From Alphaproteobacteria bacterium (GTDB lineage Bacteria > Pseudomonadota > Alphaproteobacteria > Micavibrionales > Micavibrionaceae): a stretch of 64,000 nt of DNA. Shown here one piece after another: positions 38,392 to 47,754 of this stretch (its first letter is position 1; each line of letters begins with the position of its first letter). The notes below the pieces were generated by a model. The model searched no databases, was not told where the DNA came from, and saw nothing but the letters and a program-made list of their open reading frames with translations. Position numbers and translations under genes: made by a program. The stretch spans positions 13,921 to 77,920 of the forward strand of contig JBOEGQ010000007.1 in assembly GCA_050633505.1 (NCBI GenBank), read 5' to 3'.

Positions 38392-39696
38392 ATGCAATTC
38401 TTTAGAACACGATCACAAAACGGAGAGAAAGGTTTCACCCTACTTGAACTTGCACTTGTGATGTTTATTTCCGCAGGTACTATTTTAATGTTCACACGGT
38501 TTATCAAGCTTTATACAACTAACGCCCAATATGAAACCACCGTTGATAATCTACGCCTTGCTCAAGATGCGTTAGATGAGTATTACGGATTGGAAGGAGT
38601 CTACCCCTGCCCGGCAGACCCGACCCTGGGCCCGGGTGACGAAGATTATGGCGTAGCACAATGTCGCGCAACGCCGGATGACACAGCAGGGGCAAATAAT
38701 TGCGATGACACTCCGGACGGCTTGATCTGTACCAACCAATTCAGCCGAGACGGCGATGGCGATGGCGATAACGACATTGTTATGCAAGGCGTTCTACCAT
38801 TCAGAACGTTAGGAGACCGCGTTGTGGACACGCCATTTACAGAGGCATACAAAAAAGATGGCTACGGCGCTCTATTATCTTATGCTGTGACTGAACATAT
38901 GACCAACAGGAACGAAAGCAGCATCACCGATCCGGCCAACCCGCATACGGGTGCAATTCGGATTATTGATGAGAACCGGGTCAATTTAACCGATCCAGAG
39001 GATTCTGCACATATGGTGGTGTTCTCTCATGGTGATAATAGTCGAGGTGGCTATACACCAACCGGAGATCAAATTGATAACTGTATGGTTACACTGATAG
39101 AAGGTGATCCACCGGAAGATGCCGCGCCCGGCCCGTTTACCGCAGGTATGGAAGTCGAAACCGAAAACTGTGATAGCAACGATGCGATTTTTGCAAAGGG
39201 CATTAGATCCCTTGCTGATGGAGACACGTATAATGATGATCTTCTATTTTACAATGTTGCTGGTTTTGTTCCAATCTGGAGACGCGCATTGAATAGCCCG
39301 GATGGAGAATCCTATATATTCAACACAAATACCGGCCATGTCGGCGTCGGAACAGATACCCCCGGAGAAAGATTACACGTCATCGGTGATATGAGTGCAG
39401 AACAGAGCGCAATTGCTGACAATTACTGTGATGGCAATACAGGTGATTGCCTTGACCCGGACTTTATAGCAAGCTCTGGGCACCAATGTGGCCCAGGAGA
39501 AGTTGCATACGGCATTCAGGAGAATCGACTAGCCTGCCGTCCTGTGGAGTGGGTGCCACCAAATAAAAGCTGCCCTGCTACAGGTGGCGGTGAACAAAGA
39601 TATATTAAAGCCATTTCCAACTTAGGTAATTTAAGATGCTGTACCTATGATGAAGCAGATTGTTGCACCTTTGATGGCGGGACATGCACGCCGTAA
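38392..39696 (+). CDS. giant type IV pilin-like protein, paralogue 3
   Basis: 434 aa. Leader MQFFRTRSQNGEKG is followed by FTLLELALVMFISAG. It has the same conserved blocks, a DGDGDGDND run, and 16 Cys by hand count. Confidence 0.85.
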   Translation: MQFFRTRSQNGEKGFTLLELALVMFISAGTILMFTRFIKLYTTNAQYETTVDNLRLAQDALDEYYGLEGVYPCPADPTLGPGDEDYGVAQCRATPDDTAGANNCDDTPDGLICTNQFSRDGDGDGDNDIVMQGVLPFRTLGDRVVDTPFTEAYKKDGYGALLSYAVTEHMTNRNESSITDPANPHTGAIRIIDENRVNLTDPEDSAHMVVFSHGDNSRGGYTPTGDQIDNCMVTLIEGDPPEDAAPGPFTAGMEVETENCDSNDAIFAKGIRSLADGDTYNDDLLFYNVAGFVPIWRRALNSPDGESYIFNTNTGHVGVGTDTPGERLHVIGDMSAEQSAIADNYCDGNTGDCLDPDFIASSGHQCGPGEVAYGIQENRLACRPVEWVPPNKSCPATGGGEQRYIKAISNLGNLRCCTYDEADCCTFDGGTCTP

Positions 39697-39720
39697 ACAG
39701 AGAACGACAGATATAAACAC

Positions 39721-39750
39721 AAAAAGCGCGCTTGGATTTGCGCGCTTTTC
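39721..39750. terminator. bidirectional Rho-independent terminator between the pilin-like operon and gcrA
   Basis: AAAAGCGCGC-8 nt-GCGCGCTTTT, a perfect 10-bp stem with A/T runs on both sides, between convergent genes. Confidence 0.8.
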
Positions 39751-39770
39751 CCTTATTTTAGCAAAGCCTA

Positions 39771-40319
39771 TTAACCGGCGACTGCCTTTCTCTTCTCATC
39801 CGCATTAGAAACAGCCTGAGACGCAGCAACTTTATCCGAACTAAAGATACGGTTACGTGTTGCCGCTTGATACGCCATTTTTGCATGTTCTTCACAATAT
39901 GGAAGACCCGGCATTGTTTTACATCCGCAAAAGCCAAACCCTTCCTCTTTCGGGTCACCTGACGGCCAACGGCACATTCTGGGCTGTAAGTCCATGAGAC
40001 TATATAAATCACCTGCACGTATCGGCTTTTCTTCAACAATAGAAGAAGGTGCAGATTTACGCGCCACAGCTTGCTGCACGGAAGATGTCTGTGCCTTTGC
40101 TTTCTCAGTTTGAACCTTACGTTCAACACTCTTATTAGAGTTTGCAGGTTTCTTATTTTGTTGTATTGGAGAAACACGGTTAGACAGTTTCAAACGGTGC
40201 GCCTTCCCAATAACAGCATTACGTGTCACACCACCTAGCTGCTTTGCGATTTCGGCTGCTGTATGCCCTTCTCCCCAGAGTTTTTTCAAAATAGATACGC
40301 GTTCTTCAGTCCAACTCAT
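39771..40319 (-). CDS. gcrA: GcrA cell-cycle regulator
   Basis: MSWTEERVSILKKLWGEGHTAAEIAKQLGGVTRNAVIGKAHRLKL is the canonical GcrA N-terminus, with the C-terminal MCRWP.GDP......FCG motif. The start is trimmed to the ATG at 40319. Confidence 0.93.
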   Translation of the reverse strand: MSWTEERVSILKKLWGEGHTAAEIAKQLGGVTRNAVIGKAHRLKLSNRVSPIQQNKKPANSNKSVERKVQTEKAKAQTSSVQQAVARKSAPSSIVEEKPIRAGDLYSLMDLQPRMCRWPSGDPKEEGFGFCGCKTMPGLPYCEEHAKMAYQAATRNRIFSSDKVAASQAVSNADEKRKAVAG

Positions 40320-40522
40320 TATACATATTCCTCCAAATTTTGACAAAGAAAGGGCACTGGCAAAAGACCTAAAGGTCTGTTGTCAAACGTTTTTTCTTAC
40401 TTTTAAGTTGATGGAGGTAATCTATCAGGAACTTTATTTTTTCGCTATTGAAGAAAAATAAAAAAAGACTTTATCCACATCATGACATTTTTCTAATTTT
40501 CGAAACATGCCCCTATTGACGC

Positions 40523-41443
40523 TTAAGAACGTGGCAGATCAAGACCGAACATTTCATAGTTTTCAACGCGCTCCGCCCAGTTTTCCTGCACGCGCACAAA
40601 GATTTTTAAATGCACACGCCTTTCTAACATTTCTTCCAGCTCTTCACGGGCTTCTTGCCCTATGCGTTTTATTTTTACTCCGCCCTTGCCCAGAACAATA
40701 CCTTTTTGGCTCTCTTTTTGTACATAAACGACCTGAGATATTTTGATGCTTCCATTATCAAAATTCTCCCAATTCTCTGTCTCAATAAAAATAGAATACG
40801 GTATTTCCTGATGCAGTTGATCGAACACTTTTTCCCGTGTAATTTCCGCAGCCACCAAACGCATTGGCATATCACTAACTTGGTCTTCTGGATACATCCA
40901 AATACCCTTTGGAAGATACGCAGAGATATACTCCGCCAGATCATTCACCCCTTTACCCTCCAGCGCACTAATCATAAAGGTCGCCTTGTACGGGAAATTA
41001 TCATTCATATCCTGTGCAACTTTTAATAACGCCGGCTTTGCCAGATGATCGATCTTATTCAGAACCAAAATAATGTTATCCTGTTGTCCCAGCGCCTTTG
41101 TAATCATCTGGTTGGACTCTACAGGATTTTTCGCCGCAGCATCAACAATATGAAAAACGTAATCAGCCTCTTCCAAACTTGATAACGCCGCCGTTACCAT
41201 TGCCTTTTCCAATGTCTTTTTAGGCTTAAAAATACCTGGGGTATCAATCAAGATCATTTGCGTCTGTTTATGTAAGGCAATACCCAAAACGCGTGTGCGT
41301 GTTGTTTGTATTTTGCGAGACACAATGGAGACCTTCGAACCGACCATCTCATTAATCAACGTTGATTTCCCGGCATTAGGCAAACCTATAACACTCACAA
41401 ACCCGCAACGTCTCTCATCCGGGTCGACATCATGATCCGTCAT
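40523..41443 (-). CDS. era: GTPase Era
   Basis: G1 GLPNAGKST, G3 DTPG, G4 NKID, and a C-terminal KH domain. Confidence 0.96.
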   Translation of the reverse strand: MTDHDVDPDERRCGFVSVIGLPNAGKSTLINEMVGSKVSIVSRKIQTTRTRVLGIALHKQTQMILIDTPGIFKPKKTLEKAMVTAALSSLEEADYVFHIVDAAAKNPVESNQMITKALGQQDNIILVLNKIDHLAKPALLKVAQDMNDNFPYKATFMISALEGKGVNDLAEYISAYLPKGIWMYPEDQVSDMPMRLVAAEITREKVFDQLHQEIPYSIFIETENWENFDNGSIKISQVVYVQKESQKGIVLGKGGVKIKRIGQEAREELEEMLERRVHLKIFVRVQENWAERVENYEMFGLDLPRS

Positions 41444-42107
41444 GATCTACACCTTCCATAAACTGATGTGCGGCTTCTTTTTCAGCTTCTGCGCGTGAAC
41501 GTCCAGTCGCACGTATTGGATCATGGCCTTTTACTGTTAACTCTATCTCAAAGACAGGGGCATGATCCGGCCCTGTTTGCGAAATCACTTCATATGCAGG
41601 TAAAGATAAACCCTGCCCCTGCGCCCATTCCTGTATTGCTGTCTTAGGATGCTGGGGCGGCTTTTTCATTGTAAAGAGGACATCCTGCCAATTGGTCTCG
41701 ATTAATACACGGCATGGTTCAAAACCACCATCAAGATAAATTGCCCCGATGACAGCCTCAAAAACATCGGCAAGAATATGTTCATTTTCTGCCCCGCCTG
41801 CGGCTGCTTCAGATTCAGAAAACACAATAAAATCACCAAGGTTGATTTGACCGGATAATTCCGCCAAAGTTTGCCCCTGTACAAGAGATGCTAGCCTTTT
41901 GGCCATATCACCTTCTTTTTCATCGGGAAACTTATTAAAAAGCAAAGAGGCAATCACCAACCCAAGAACACGATCACCCAGAAATTCCAAACGTTCATAG
42001 TTCTTATCTTTTCCGGTACTGGAATGTGTAAGTGCCGTTTCAAGAAGTTCAATATCCTTAAATTGGTACCCTATTTTATCTTGTAATTTTTCGAGAGGTT
42101 CCGCCAT
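41430..42107 (-). CDS. rnc: ribonuclease III
   Basis: The ERLEFLGDRVL signature and a C-terminal dsRBD. It overlaps era by 14 nt. Confidence 0.96.
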   Translation of the reverse strand: MAEPLEKLQDKIGYQFKDIELLETALTHSSTGKDKNYERLEFLGDRVLGLVIASLLFNKFPDEKEGDMAKRLASLVQGQTLAELSGQINLGDFIVFSESEAAAGGAENEHILADVFEAVIGAIYLDGGFEPCRVLIETNWQDVLFTMKKPPQHPKTAIQEWAQGQGLSLPAYEVISQTGPDHAPVFEIELTVKGHDPIRATGRSRAEAEKEAAHQFMEGVDHDGS

Positions 42108-42136
42108 TTTCGGATAAGCCTTTTCTCTATTGCCAA

Positions 42137-42979
42137 TTATTTATCGGCGCCCTTACCATCTGTCACACGAACAGGGTCAATATCCATAAATAACCTGCCA
42201 AAACGTATTGCCCAAGGCCATTTCCAAAATTCAAATAAATAGGCAGACCCATTTGAAGAAAAGAACAAAAAGTCTGCACGCCCGACAATGTTTTCAAACG
42301 GCACAGGCCCTACAACACTAGCCACTCTGCTATCTTGTGAGTTATCACGATTATCACCCATCACAAAATAATGCATCTCCGGCACTGTAAATAAATCGGT
42401 GTGATCCAGATCGTCATAATCATTTTCTTCGTATATTCTATGCACCGCGCCACCAGGCAGAACTTCTATGTACTCTTTAAAGGTCTGCAGTTGCCCACTA
42501 TCTTTTGCAATTTCAACTTCACGGACAAATTCACGCGGTACGATCTTATCGTTAATATATAAACGACCACGTGAAACCTTAATACGGTCGCCGGGCAACC
42601 CGATAATGCGCTTAATATAATTAACACCAGTTTCAGTAGGTAGCGCAAACACGATAACATCACCGCGCTGTGGCTCCTTCGCCCAAATGCGTTGTTCAAT
42701 CGGTGCAATACCAAACGGGAAAGAATAACGGCTATACCCGTAGGCAGGCTTATTCACAAATAAATAGTCCCCTACCAGCAATGTCGGTTTCATAGAACTG
42801 GATGGAATATTAAACGGTTCAAATAAGATAGAACGGATAAGAAGAGCAACAAATACAGCCACCAGAGCCGTTTTTACAAACTCGCTCAATTCCCCTTTAT
42901 CAACCAAAGCCGGCTGATGTTCATCACCGTTGTCCGCCGCGCCCTGCTCTGCTTTTTTGATATTTTCCGACATAGTCAA
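42137..42979 (-). CDS. lepB: signal peptidase I
   Basis: Catalytic Ser box PSSSMKPTL, the Lys box YIKRIIGLPGD, and GDNRDNSQDSR. Confidence 0.95.
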   Translation of the reverse strand: MTMSENIKKAEQGAADNGDEHQPALVDKGELSEFVKTALVAVFVALLIRSILFEPFNIPSSSMKPTLLVGDYLFVNKPAYGYSRYSFPFGIAPIEQRIWAKEPQRGDVIVFALPTETGVNYIKRIIGLPGDRIKVSRGRLYINDKIVPREFVREVEIAKDSGQLQTFKEYIEVLPGGAVHRIYEENDYDDLDHTDLFTVPEMHYFVMGDNRDNSQDSRVASVVGPVPFENIVGRADFLFFSSNGSAYLFEFWKWPWAIRFGRLFMDIDPVRVTDGKGADK

Positions 42980-43052
42980 AGGATGTACAGGAAAAACCAG
43001 AAGAAAGCCAGTGAAGAATAAGCCCTGCCTCAGGTTTTCCTGTTTTTTGTTT

Positions 43053-43469
43053 TTACGTTTTTCGGGGCAGAGCCTCTATAACAACAAAAGCCTGCGCGTA
43101 TGGTGGATCATCGCTTAAAGATAAGTGAACAACACTTTGCATTTCCGGTGGTGTTATCGCCTGAAGCCGTGCAAGAGCACCATCTTGTAACTCTAAAAAC
43201 GGACGACCATCTTCATTCTCAATAACCCCGATATCTTTCATATGCACACCATAAGAAAACCCGGTTCCAAGCGCCTTCGCACATGCCTCTTTTGCGGCAA
43301 AACGTTTTGCAAGAACACTCACAGCGCCATCTTTCGTACCACCACGCCGCGCGGCTTTCTTACGCTCATGCTCTGTAAAGCAACGTGTTTCAAAACGCAC
43401 ACCATGACGATCCCACACTTGTGCGATGCGCCTAATATCCACCAAATCATTTCCAATACCAATAATCAT
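43053..43469 (-). CDS. acpS: holo-[acyl-carrier-protein] synthase
   Basis: MIIGIGNDLVDIRRI N-terminus and FAAKEACAKALG. The start is trimmed from the track ORF. Confidence 0.92.
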   Translation of the reverse strand: MIIGIGNDLVDIRRIAQVWDRHGVRFETRCFTEHERKKAARRGGTKDGAVSVLAKRFAAKEACAKALGTGFSYGVHMKDIGVIENEDGRPFLELQDGALARLQAITPPEMQSVVHLSLSDDPPYAQAFVVIEALPRKT

Positions 43470-43473
43470 GATG

Positions 43474-44028
43474 TTACGTTTCTTGAGTAAAAGTCTGCGT
43501 TCTTGCCCTTGCCTTTTTTGCACCTTCAACCAAATAGAAATATACAAAATAGCTAAGTGGCATCGACAGCGCCGCCAGAACATACCCCCCCATCATCCAC
43601 GGTAGGAATAGCGTCAATGGCTGCGTCATTAAGATATCCCACAACGCCTCAAGCTCCAAACCATCGGGGAAATCGGCCGCACCCTCAATGCCAAATATAG
43701 AAAAAAGAAATTTACCGAAACTGAATCCGGCCCACCAGAAAAACGGAAATGTCCATGGATTTCCGACAAACGTTCCGATCACGGCAGAAAAAATATTACC
43801 ACGGAATAAAAGCGCCAGAATTCCGGCTTGAATAAAATGCGTTCCCAATAAAGGTGTAAAGGAAACCCCAAATCCAATTGAAAGCCCCAGAGCAACCTTA
43901 TGCGATGAATCCGCAACTCTAAGCAATCTATGTTTAATATAGACAATGGACCTTTTCCACCCCATTGAAGGCCAGAAAAACTGCTTCCCCGTTTCCCAAG
44001 GAGTTAAAGGTTTACGCCTCTTAAACAT
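43474..44028 (-). CDS. DUF2062 domain membrane protein
   Basis: HKVALGLSIGFGVSFTPLLGTH and GNPWTFPFFWW are typical DUF2062 blocks. Confidence 0.8.
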   Translation of the reverse strand: MFKRRKPLTPWETGKQFFWPSMGWKRSIVYIKHRLLRVADSSHKVALGLSIGFGVSFTPLLGTHFIQAGILALLFRGNIFSAVIGTFVGNPWTFPFFWWAGFSFGKFLFSIFGIEGAADFPDGLELEALWDILMTQPLTLFLPWMMGGYVLAALSMPLSYFVYFYLVEGAKKARARTQTFTQET

Positions 44029-44170
44029 CTTTGATACACTGACCCTGCCTTTTAATTCACCACGGACACCCTATAGAGGAAGATGAAAAGTGCAAAGAAA
44101 AAGTTGATTTTTTTTGCTGCCCTCTTCATACAAATAGTATTAGTTACGCAAAGCAGAAAGATCAAACATT

Positions 44171-44713
44171 ATGGATTTACTTGAACATATCGATGTCGTC
44201 CCCAATTTCCCCAAACAAGGCATTAATTTTTACGATGTTCAATCCCTTCTCAAGAAACCCGACATATGGGGAGAGATTACAGAAACCTTATGTCATCAGG
44301 TAAAGCAGGCAAATGCCGATATTATTCTGGGCATTGAGTCCAGAGGGTTCTTAACAGGCCTGCCGGTTGCACAAGCCCTTGGCCTACCCTTTGGTATGGT
44401 GCGTAAGAAAGGCAAACTACCGGGTAACGTTATTGGGCAAACATATGATCTGGAATACGGAACAGATACGGTTGAAATTCAAGAAAGCCTGATACGCCCC
44501 GGACAGCGCATCGCCATCATGGATGACCTTCTGGCAACCGGCGGCACAATGAAAGCAACCGGTGATTTGGTGAGAAAAGCAGGTGGCGTAATCGTATTAT
44601 CCAGCTGTATTGTTGAGCTACCAGAATTAAGCGGACGTGAGAAACTGGATTTCCCATTTGAAACACTTTTAGAAGCGCCACTTGATCCGTTTGCACAGGC
44701 AAAAACGGCCTGA
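44171..44713 (+). CDS. apt: adenine phosphoribosyltransferase
   Basis: PRPP-binding motif IAIMDDLLATGGT, 180 aa, with overall APRT layout. Confidence 0.95.
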   Translation: MDLLEHIDVVPNFPKQGINFYDVQSLLKKPDIWGEITETLCHQVKQANADIILGIESRGFLTGLPVAQALGLPFGMVRKKGKLPGNVIGQTYDLEYGTDTVEIQESLIRPGQRIAIMDDLLATGGTMKATGDLVRKAGGVIVLSSCIVELPELSGREKLDFPFETLLEAPLDPFAQAKTA

Positions 44714-44716
44714 TTT

Positions 44717-46876
44717 TTATCTTCCGCGGGCACGATCGACGGACACAATACAAGGCGTCGCCCGCAGGGCGGCGATAATGTTGTTCAAGTGCTTTGTATC
44801 TGTAACGAAAATATCTAACAGCATCTCCCAAAAATCGAGAGAACGACTGGTAATTTTCAAGTTTGTAATATTCCCGCCATTACGGCCAATCACAGTTGAC
44901 ACTGTCCCCAAAGACCCTGCTTCATTGGAAATCGTCAACTCCAAACGCCCGACTTGAGATTCCGGTGCCTCACCGGTATCGCCCCATGCAACATCCAGCC
45001 ACCTTTCAGGCGTATCTGCAAATGTTTCAAGCGTATCACAATCAATCGTATGAATTGTAACCCCCTTCCCCGTCGTCACAATCCCGACAATACGATCCCC
45101 CGGAAGCGGATGACAACACCGTGCAAAATGCATTGCCATACCCGGAATAAGCCCCTTAATCGGCATCGGACGATCAGAGTCACTGCCACGTGGCACCATA
45201 ACGGCTTGATCCATATGTTCAGACGGGCGCTTTGCAATTTCCGCCTGATGACTGGGGAATATCGCCTTGAATACATCGCGCGCAACCAGAACACCTGACC
45301 CGATTTTCGCATAAATATCTTCATTATCTTCCGCGCGGAATTGCTCAACAATTCCGGTAATCGCCTTTTCGGTAAACTCATATCCTTCTTGCTTAAAAAC
45401 CTTTTGGATCATCGCCTTACCAAGTGTTACAAACTCATCGCGCTGCTGATTACGGATAAATTTACGAATGTGTGAGCGGGCCTTTCCGGTCACAACAAAA
45501 CGTTCCCATGTCGGTGATGGCTTTTGCGTCTTCGCCGTAATTACATCAACCTGATCCCCATTTACCAATCGCGAATTTAGGGGAGCAATCCGCCCGTTAA
45601 TTTTGGCGCCCACACATTTATCACCAATATCAGAATGAATGGCATATGCGAAATCAATCGGTGTTGCACCGCTCGGCAGCTCAATAAGATCTCCTTTAGG
45701 GGTAAAAACAAAGACTTGATCCTGAAACAGCTCCAGCTTTGTGCTTTCCCAAAAATCTTCAGGTTTTTGTTCTTGTTCAAGAATATCCAACAGCTCTCGT
45801 AACCAACGATATTTGGTCACATCCCTTTCTGTTGGTTGATTTCCGCCCTTATATGCCCAATGTGCGGCCACCCCAAGTTCTGCCTCGCTATGCATTTCAT
45901 TGGTACGGATTTGCACCTCAATTCTTTGTCGCCTTGGCCCCATAATTGTCGTATGGATCGAACGATATCCATTCGGCTTTGGCGTAGAAATATAATCTTT
46001 GAAACGTCCTGGAACACTTGGGTATTTACCATGGATAATACCGAGAGAAACATAACAGTTTTCCGGATTATCAACCATAATTCTAAAGGCCATAATGTCT
46101 GATAACTGTTCAAATGCAACATTTTTGCGCTGCATCTTTTTCCAAATTGAATACCGTGTTTTTTCGCGGCCTGTAATATCTGCCTTAATGTCGGATTGTT
46201 CCAACAGCTTCCCAAGCTCATCAATAATCGACTCCACCAGATCACTGCCTTCTGCACGCAGATAGGACAAGCGATTGGTTATGCTTTCACGCGCCTCATT
46301 ATTGATTTGCTCAAAACAAAGATCTTCAAGCTCCTCTTTAATGCGGTGCACCCCGATACGTTCTGCTAGCGGGGCGTATATTTCCAGCGTCTCTAAAGAA
46401 ATACGGCGGCGTTTTTCAGGTTTTTTAATCCCACCCATTGTCCGCATATTATGCAAACGATCGGAAAGCTTAACCAAAAGAACGCGGATATCCTCAGACA
46501 TCGCAAGAAGCAGCTTGCGAAAGTTCTCGGCTTGCTTTCCTTCTGTTGTCTGGCTTTCAATCCGTGTTAGCTTACTAACACCGTTCACCAAATCTGCTAC
46601 GGTTTTGCTAAATTCGCGTTCAAGATCTTCTAAAGTCGCGTCGGTATCCTCAACTGTGTCATGCAAAATCGCAGTCACAATCGTGATCACATCCATATTC
46701 ATGCCCGCAAGAATCTGCGCGACCTCAACCGGATGGGTATAATATGGCTCTCCTGAAGAACGAAATTGCCCCTCATGCATAGTCTTGGCATATTCATATG
46801 CCTTAATAACAATATCTTTATCGAACTCAGGATCATATGATCCTATTGTTTCCAGAAGTGTCTCAAGCTGATCCAT
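44717..46876 (-). CDS. spoT: bifunctional (p)ppGpp synthetase/hydrolase (RelA/SpoT homologue)
   Basis: HD hydrolase domain (HPVEVA...LHDTVEDT), then synthetase, TGS and C-terminal ACT regions. 719 aa. Confidence 0.96.
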   Translation of the reverse strand: MDQLETLLETIGSYDPEFDKDIVIKAYEYAKTMHEGQFRSSGEPYYTHPVEVAQILAGMNMDVITIVTAILHDTVEDTDATLEDLEREFSKTVADLVNGVSKLTRIESQTTEGKQAENFRKLLLAMSEDIRVLLVKLSDRLHNMRTMGGIKKPEKRRRISLETLEIYAPLAERIGVHRIKEELEDLCFEQINNEARESITNRLSYLRAEGSDLVESIIDELGKLLEQSDIKADITGREKTRYSIWKKMQRKNVAFEQLSDIMAFRIMVDNPENCYVSLGIIHGKYPSVPGRFKDYISTPKPNGYRSIHTTIMGPRRQRIEVQIRTNEMHSEAELGVAAHWAYKGGNQPTERDVTKYRWLRELLDILEQEQKPEDFWESTKLELFQDQVFVFTPKGDLIELPSGATPIDFAYAIHSDIGDKCVGAKINGRIAPLNSRLVNGDQVDVITAKTQKPSPTWERFVVTGKARSHIRKFIRNQQRDEFVTLGKAMIQKVFKQEGYEFTEKAITGIVEQFRAEDNEDIYAKIGSGVLVARDVFKAIFPSHQAEIAKRPSEHMDQAVMVPRGSDSDRPMPIKGLIPGMAMHFARCCHPLPGDRIVGIVTTGKGVTIHTIDCDTLETFADTPERWLDVAWGDTGEAPESQVGRLELTISNEAGSLGTVSTVIGRNGGNITNLKITSRSLDFWEMLLDIFVTDTKHLNNIIAALRATPCIVSVDRARGR

Positions 46877-46992
46877 TGATGTGCGTTTACCCGATTAGTC
46901 CCATTATTTCATCATGCGTTCTTTTTTAAACGCTATCATGAATACGACAAACATTACAGTGACAAGGCTTTATTTTTCTTTAAAATGAATAA

Positions 46993-47025
46993 ACAAAAAA
47001 TAAAGCCGAGATATTAATCCCGGCT
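46993..47025 (-). terminator. Rho-independent terminator between rpoZ and spoT
   Basis: The minus strand reads AGCCGGGA-UUAAUA-UCUCGGCU followed by UUAUUUUUU. Confidence 0.55.
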
Positions 47026-47061
47026 CTTATAAAAATAAATAGTTAGTGCGAACGTCGTTGC

Positions 47062-47481
47062 CTATACTCCGGCGATATCACCGAGAGATGGCTCACCATC
47101 ATCACCCTCAGTTTGTGCCTCAGCATCAGACGGTGCAGACGCACCAATTTCTTCGTCCGCATACATACCGGATGGCGCAGGTGTGCCCTCAGACATATCG
47201 CCCCACTCTTTTTCACCATCCATAAGATCGATTTCCTCTTCTTCGGAATCCTGAGGTAAAAATCTCTGATAGCCTGTAACCATCTCTTCTTTAAGATCTT
47301 CAACGTTTACAGTTTCGCCTGCGATTTCCCGCAAAGAAATAACCGTCTTCTTATCATTGTCTTTTTCAACCGTTAGCGCAGCACCGGTTCCAATTTTACG
47401 TGCGCGTTGCGCCGCAACCATAACCAGTTCAAAACGGTTAGGAAGCTTATCAATACAATCCTCAACAGTAACGCGTGCCAT
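47062..47481 (-). CDS. rpoZ: DNA-directed RNA polymerase subunit omega
   Basis: [28 protein letters not shown] is the canonical omega N-terminus, followed by an acidic tail. Confidence 0.93.
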   Translation of the reverse strand: MARVTVEDCIDKLPNRFELVMVAAQRARKIGTGAALTVEKDNDKKTVISLREIAGETVNVEDLKEEMVTGYQRFLPQDSEEEEIDLMDGEKEWGDMSEGTPAPSGMYADEEIGASAPSDAEAQTEGDDGEPSLGDIAGV

Positions 47482-47754
47482 AGTTCATGCCTTCTTTTCT
47501 ATTCTGGTCAGTCAATATCCGGTGCTGTTATAGAATGTCCGTTTATGAAATGCAAGCAGATAAAAATTTCGCCATAAGAAGTCACAAGGGCAGATCTGTA
47601 AAAACTTGCATTTAGAGATTGACCTTAATTCCCTACTCAATTATATAACGCAAACCTAATATAAAAGAGGACATTCTACATTAAAGGGTAGAAGTTCTTC
47701 ACATGCTTTGGTATGTATATTAGCAAAACAAATAATAAGAACGGGTAGAGTAAC

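Noticed and set aside
34655-39696. Reading the three pilin-like genes as an ordinary T2SS pseudopilin block (GspG-K) or a T4P minor-pilin set
   Set aside because: Sizes (427-815 aa) are 3-5 times those of pseudopilins. The three are mutual paralogues rather than distinct G/H/I/J/K types. No GspG-sized major subunit and no platform, ATPase or secretin gene is adjacent. I kept it as a finding instead.
34655-39696. Shufflon or diversity-generating retroelement acting on the pilin-like C-termini
   Set aside because: I saw no clustered short inverted sfx-like repeats, no Rci-type tyrosine recombinase, no reverse transcriptase and no template/variable repeat pair in or next to the operon.
39758-40177. 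139-aa alternative-frame ORF inside gcrA
   Set aside because: It is out of frame with a canonical GcrA sequence and is Arg/Leu-rich, as expected from a frame-shifted reading.
40347-40522. CtrA boxes (TTAA-N7-TTAA) or GANTC methylation sites in the gcrA upstream region
   Set aside because: I scanned by eye and found no exact TTAA-N7-TTAA and no GANTC in this spacer. A weight-matrix scan would be needed for degenerate sites.
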